64,000 nt of DNA from Octopus sinensis (Eukaryota): positions 103,230,001-103,294,000 of the forward strand of contig NC_043004.1 of the NCBI RefSeq assembly GCF_006345805.1, read 5' to 3'. Shown here piece by piece: positions 62,400 through 64,000 of the stretch. Within the stretch, counting starts at the first letter, position 1. Every line of letters begins with the position of its first letter. A program made the translations under genes and the position numbers. The notes below the pieces were generated by a model, which worked only from the letters and a program-made list of their open reading frames with translations, was not told the DNA's origin and made no database searches.

Positions 62400-64000
62400 A
62401 TACAAACATACAAACATACATACATACAAAGACACCGATCCAGAGGATTATACTGAGCCAAAATGGATTACCTCCCTCCAAAAAAAACATCAACGGACTC
62501 AGGAAAAAGATGGGACATTTGGATGCTATCGTCAAATGCAAAGCTAAAGATGAATTCACTAATCATCATTTATTTCTGCAGGATAAATTCTCCAAATTGT
62601 ATGGGAATTGCCGCCAAGAAATAATGCTCACAAGCAAAGTCATCACCCTCAGACACTTTCTACACGCGATATATGAAAAACTTCGTTACTGCAAAAAGAT
62701 TACATGGACGAAAAATTATAAACCGCAAGTTTGCCCAAAACCCACAAACTGTATGTCTCAGTATGAAAGGTGACACCGCCAAGGTAGTAAGTGTTCCTCT
62801 CTAGGAAGACCTAGAGTTATTCTGACGGGGAATCAGGGAACGCAATCGCGATGCAGCATGGAACACAATCGCGATGTAGCATGGTTAAACAGAACTACCG
62901 AGTGAGTATTGTGTAAAATGCCTCTTTCAAAACATAGAGCATCACCTGTGAAACACTCCTGACACTTATTATGAAACTGCGAATGGAAAATCAGGTGGGA
63001 GAGACCTGATAGTAGGTCACTGGTACAAAAAGCTCACGTTTCTACAGGGAAATTCTCACAACCTTGTTTTAAAAAAATGGACAGTGAGCTAGATATACCA
63101 GATTGGCTGACCGTAGATTAGACTACTCTTATCTCCAAGAACAACACAACCCATGTGACCAAAAGCTGTGCGTGAGTGTTATGTATAAACTGTACACAGG
63201 CTGTCTGAATATGCTTCTCCAAGAACACTACCAAACAAATGGTGTGATAACTGATGATCATGCAGGAGAAATGAAAAGAGTCTGGGGTTGTGCTGAACAG
63301 CTTCTCCTCAACAAAGCTGTCCTTAAGATGCCAAGAAACATGGCTGGCTTATAAGAACAACATGGCCAGTTTACAAGAAGACGTTCGACTCTGTCTCTCA
63401 CTTATGGGTGATACAATCACTATACCTTACCAAAGTACCAGCTGCTATAACGAATGACATTGAAAGACTGATCACAACATGGTCTACTAAAGCTCGTAAG
63501 CTATCAACAAGCACATACCAGAATGATAGTTTATCTGAATGTTGCTTGAACTAGTAGTGAACTTTTTGTCAGCCCTGTTGACAAAATGCCAAGGCTACAT
63601 GATGGGATATGCAGAAAAGAATGAAATTAATGTCACGCATGCATTTTTATGTTGATGACCTAAAGTTATATTCTGGTAACATGAAAAACATAAAGAAACA
63701 TTTAGAACTAGTCACAACATTCCCACGAGACATAAGAATGGAGTTTGGGAAAGATAAATTCTCATATATGATAGTCATCCGAGGAACGATTGTCGACCAG
63801 ACAGAGGACATGTACATCAACGGCTTGTCTATCTCCCATCATCTCTAATGATGAAAACTATGAATATCTCGGAATCGATGAGAATGTTGCATACGTCTTT
63901 GCTGTAATTAAAACCAGAATAACAGGCTCCGGAAAATATAGAACTCATAGCTGTCTGCATTTAACAAGACAATATCTCACAACAAAGCTTTTACTGTGCC
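62400..64000 (+). mobile_element. Decayed R4/Dong-like LINE RT region running off the window
   Basis: EQLLLNKAVLK, FYVDDLKLYS, IRMEFGKDK and YEYLGI-like pieces, with frameshifts. Confidence 0.7.

Overview
This is repeat-dense, AT-rich eukaryotic DNA. The SINE, LINE and microsatellite make-up is typical of an octopus (coleoid cephalopod) genome; that species call is an inference from repeat families I recognise. One complete protein-coding gene is well supported: PPP1R8/NIPP1 on the minus strand, with 7 coding exons from 26883 down to 1417 giving a 1038-nt CDS (345 aa plus stop). It has an FHA domain, a central PP1-binding region and the conserved KKKKYAKEAWPGKK C-terminus, and all splice sites are GT-AG. 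A possible first coding exon of a second gene lies on the plus strand at 56729-56785. A housekeeping-type promoter signature at about 47.4 kb has no assigned gene. The rest is mobile DNA: several SINE families, decayed RTE, CR1, HERO-like and R4/Dong-like LINEs, a DD41D Tc1/mariner relic, pogo-, hAT- and piggyBac-type MITEs, Helentron-type non-autonomous elements, Penelope-like remnants and long microsatellites. There is a 100-N assembly gap. Most ORFs in the supplied track are artefacts of these repeats. The best leads are three minimal hammerhead ribozyme folds, a shared TTTTGTC junction on three chimeric truncated SINEs (one fused to a tRNA 3' half), a non-canonical PP1-docking motif in NIPP1, fold-back elements inside (TA)n tracts, and the orphan promoter and exon. 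I saw no clearly new multi-gene system.
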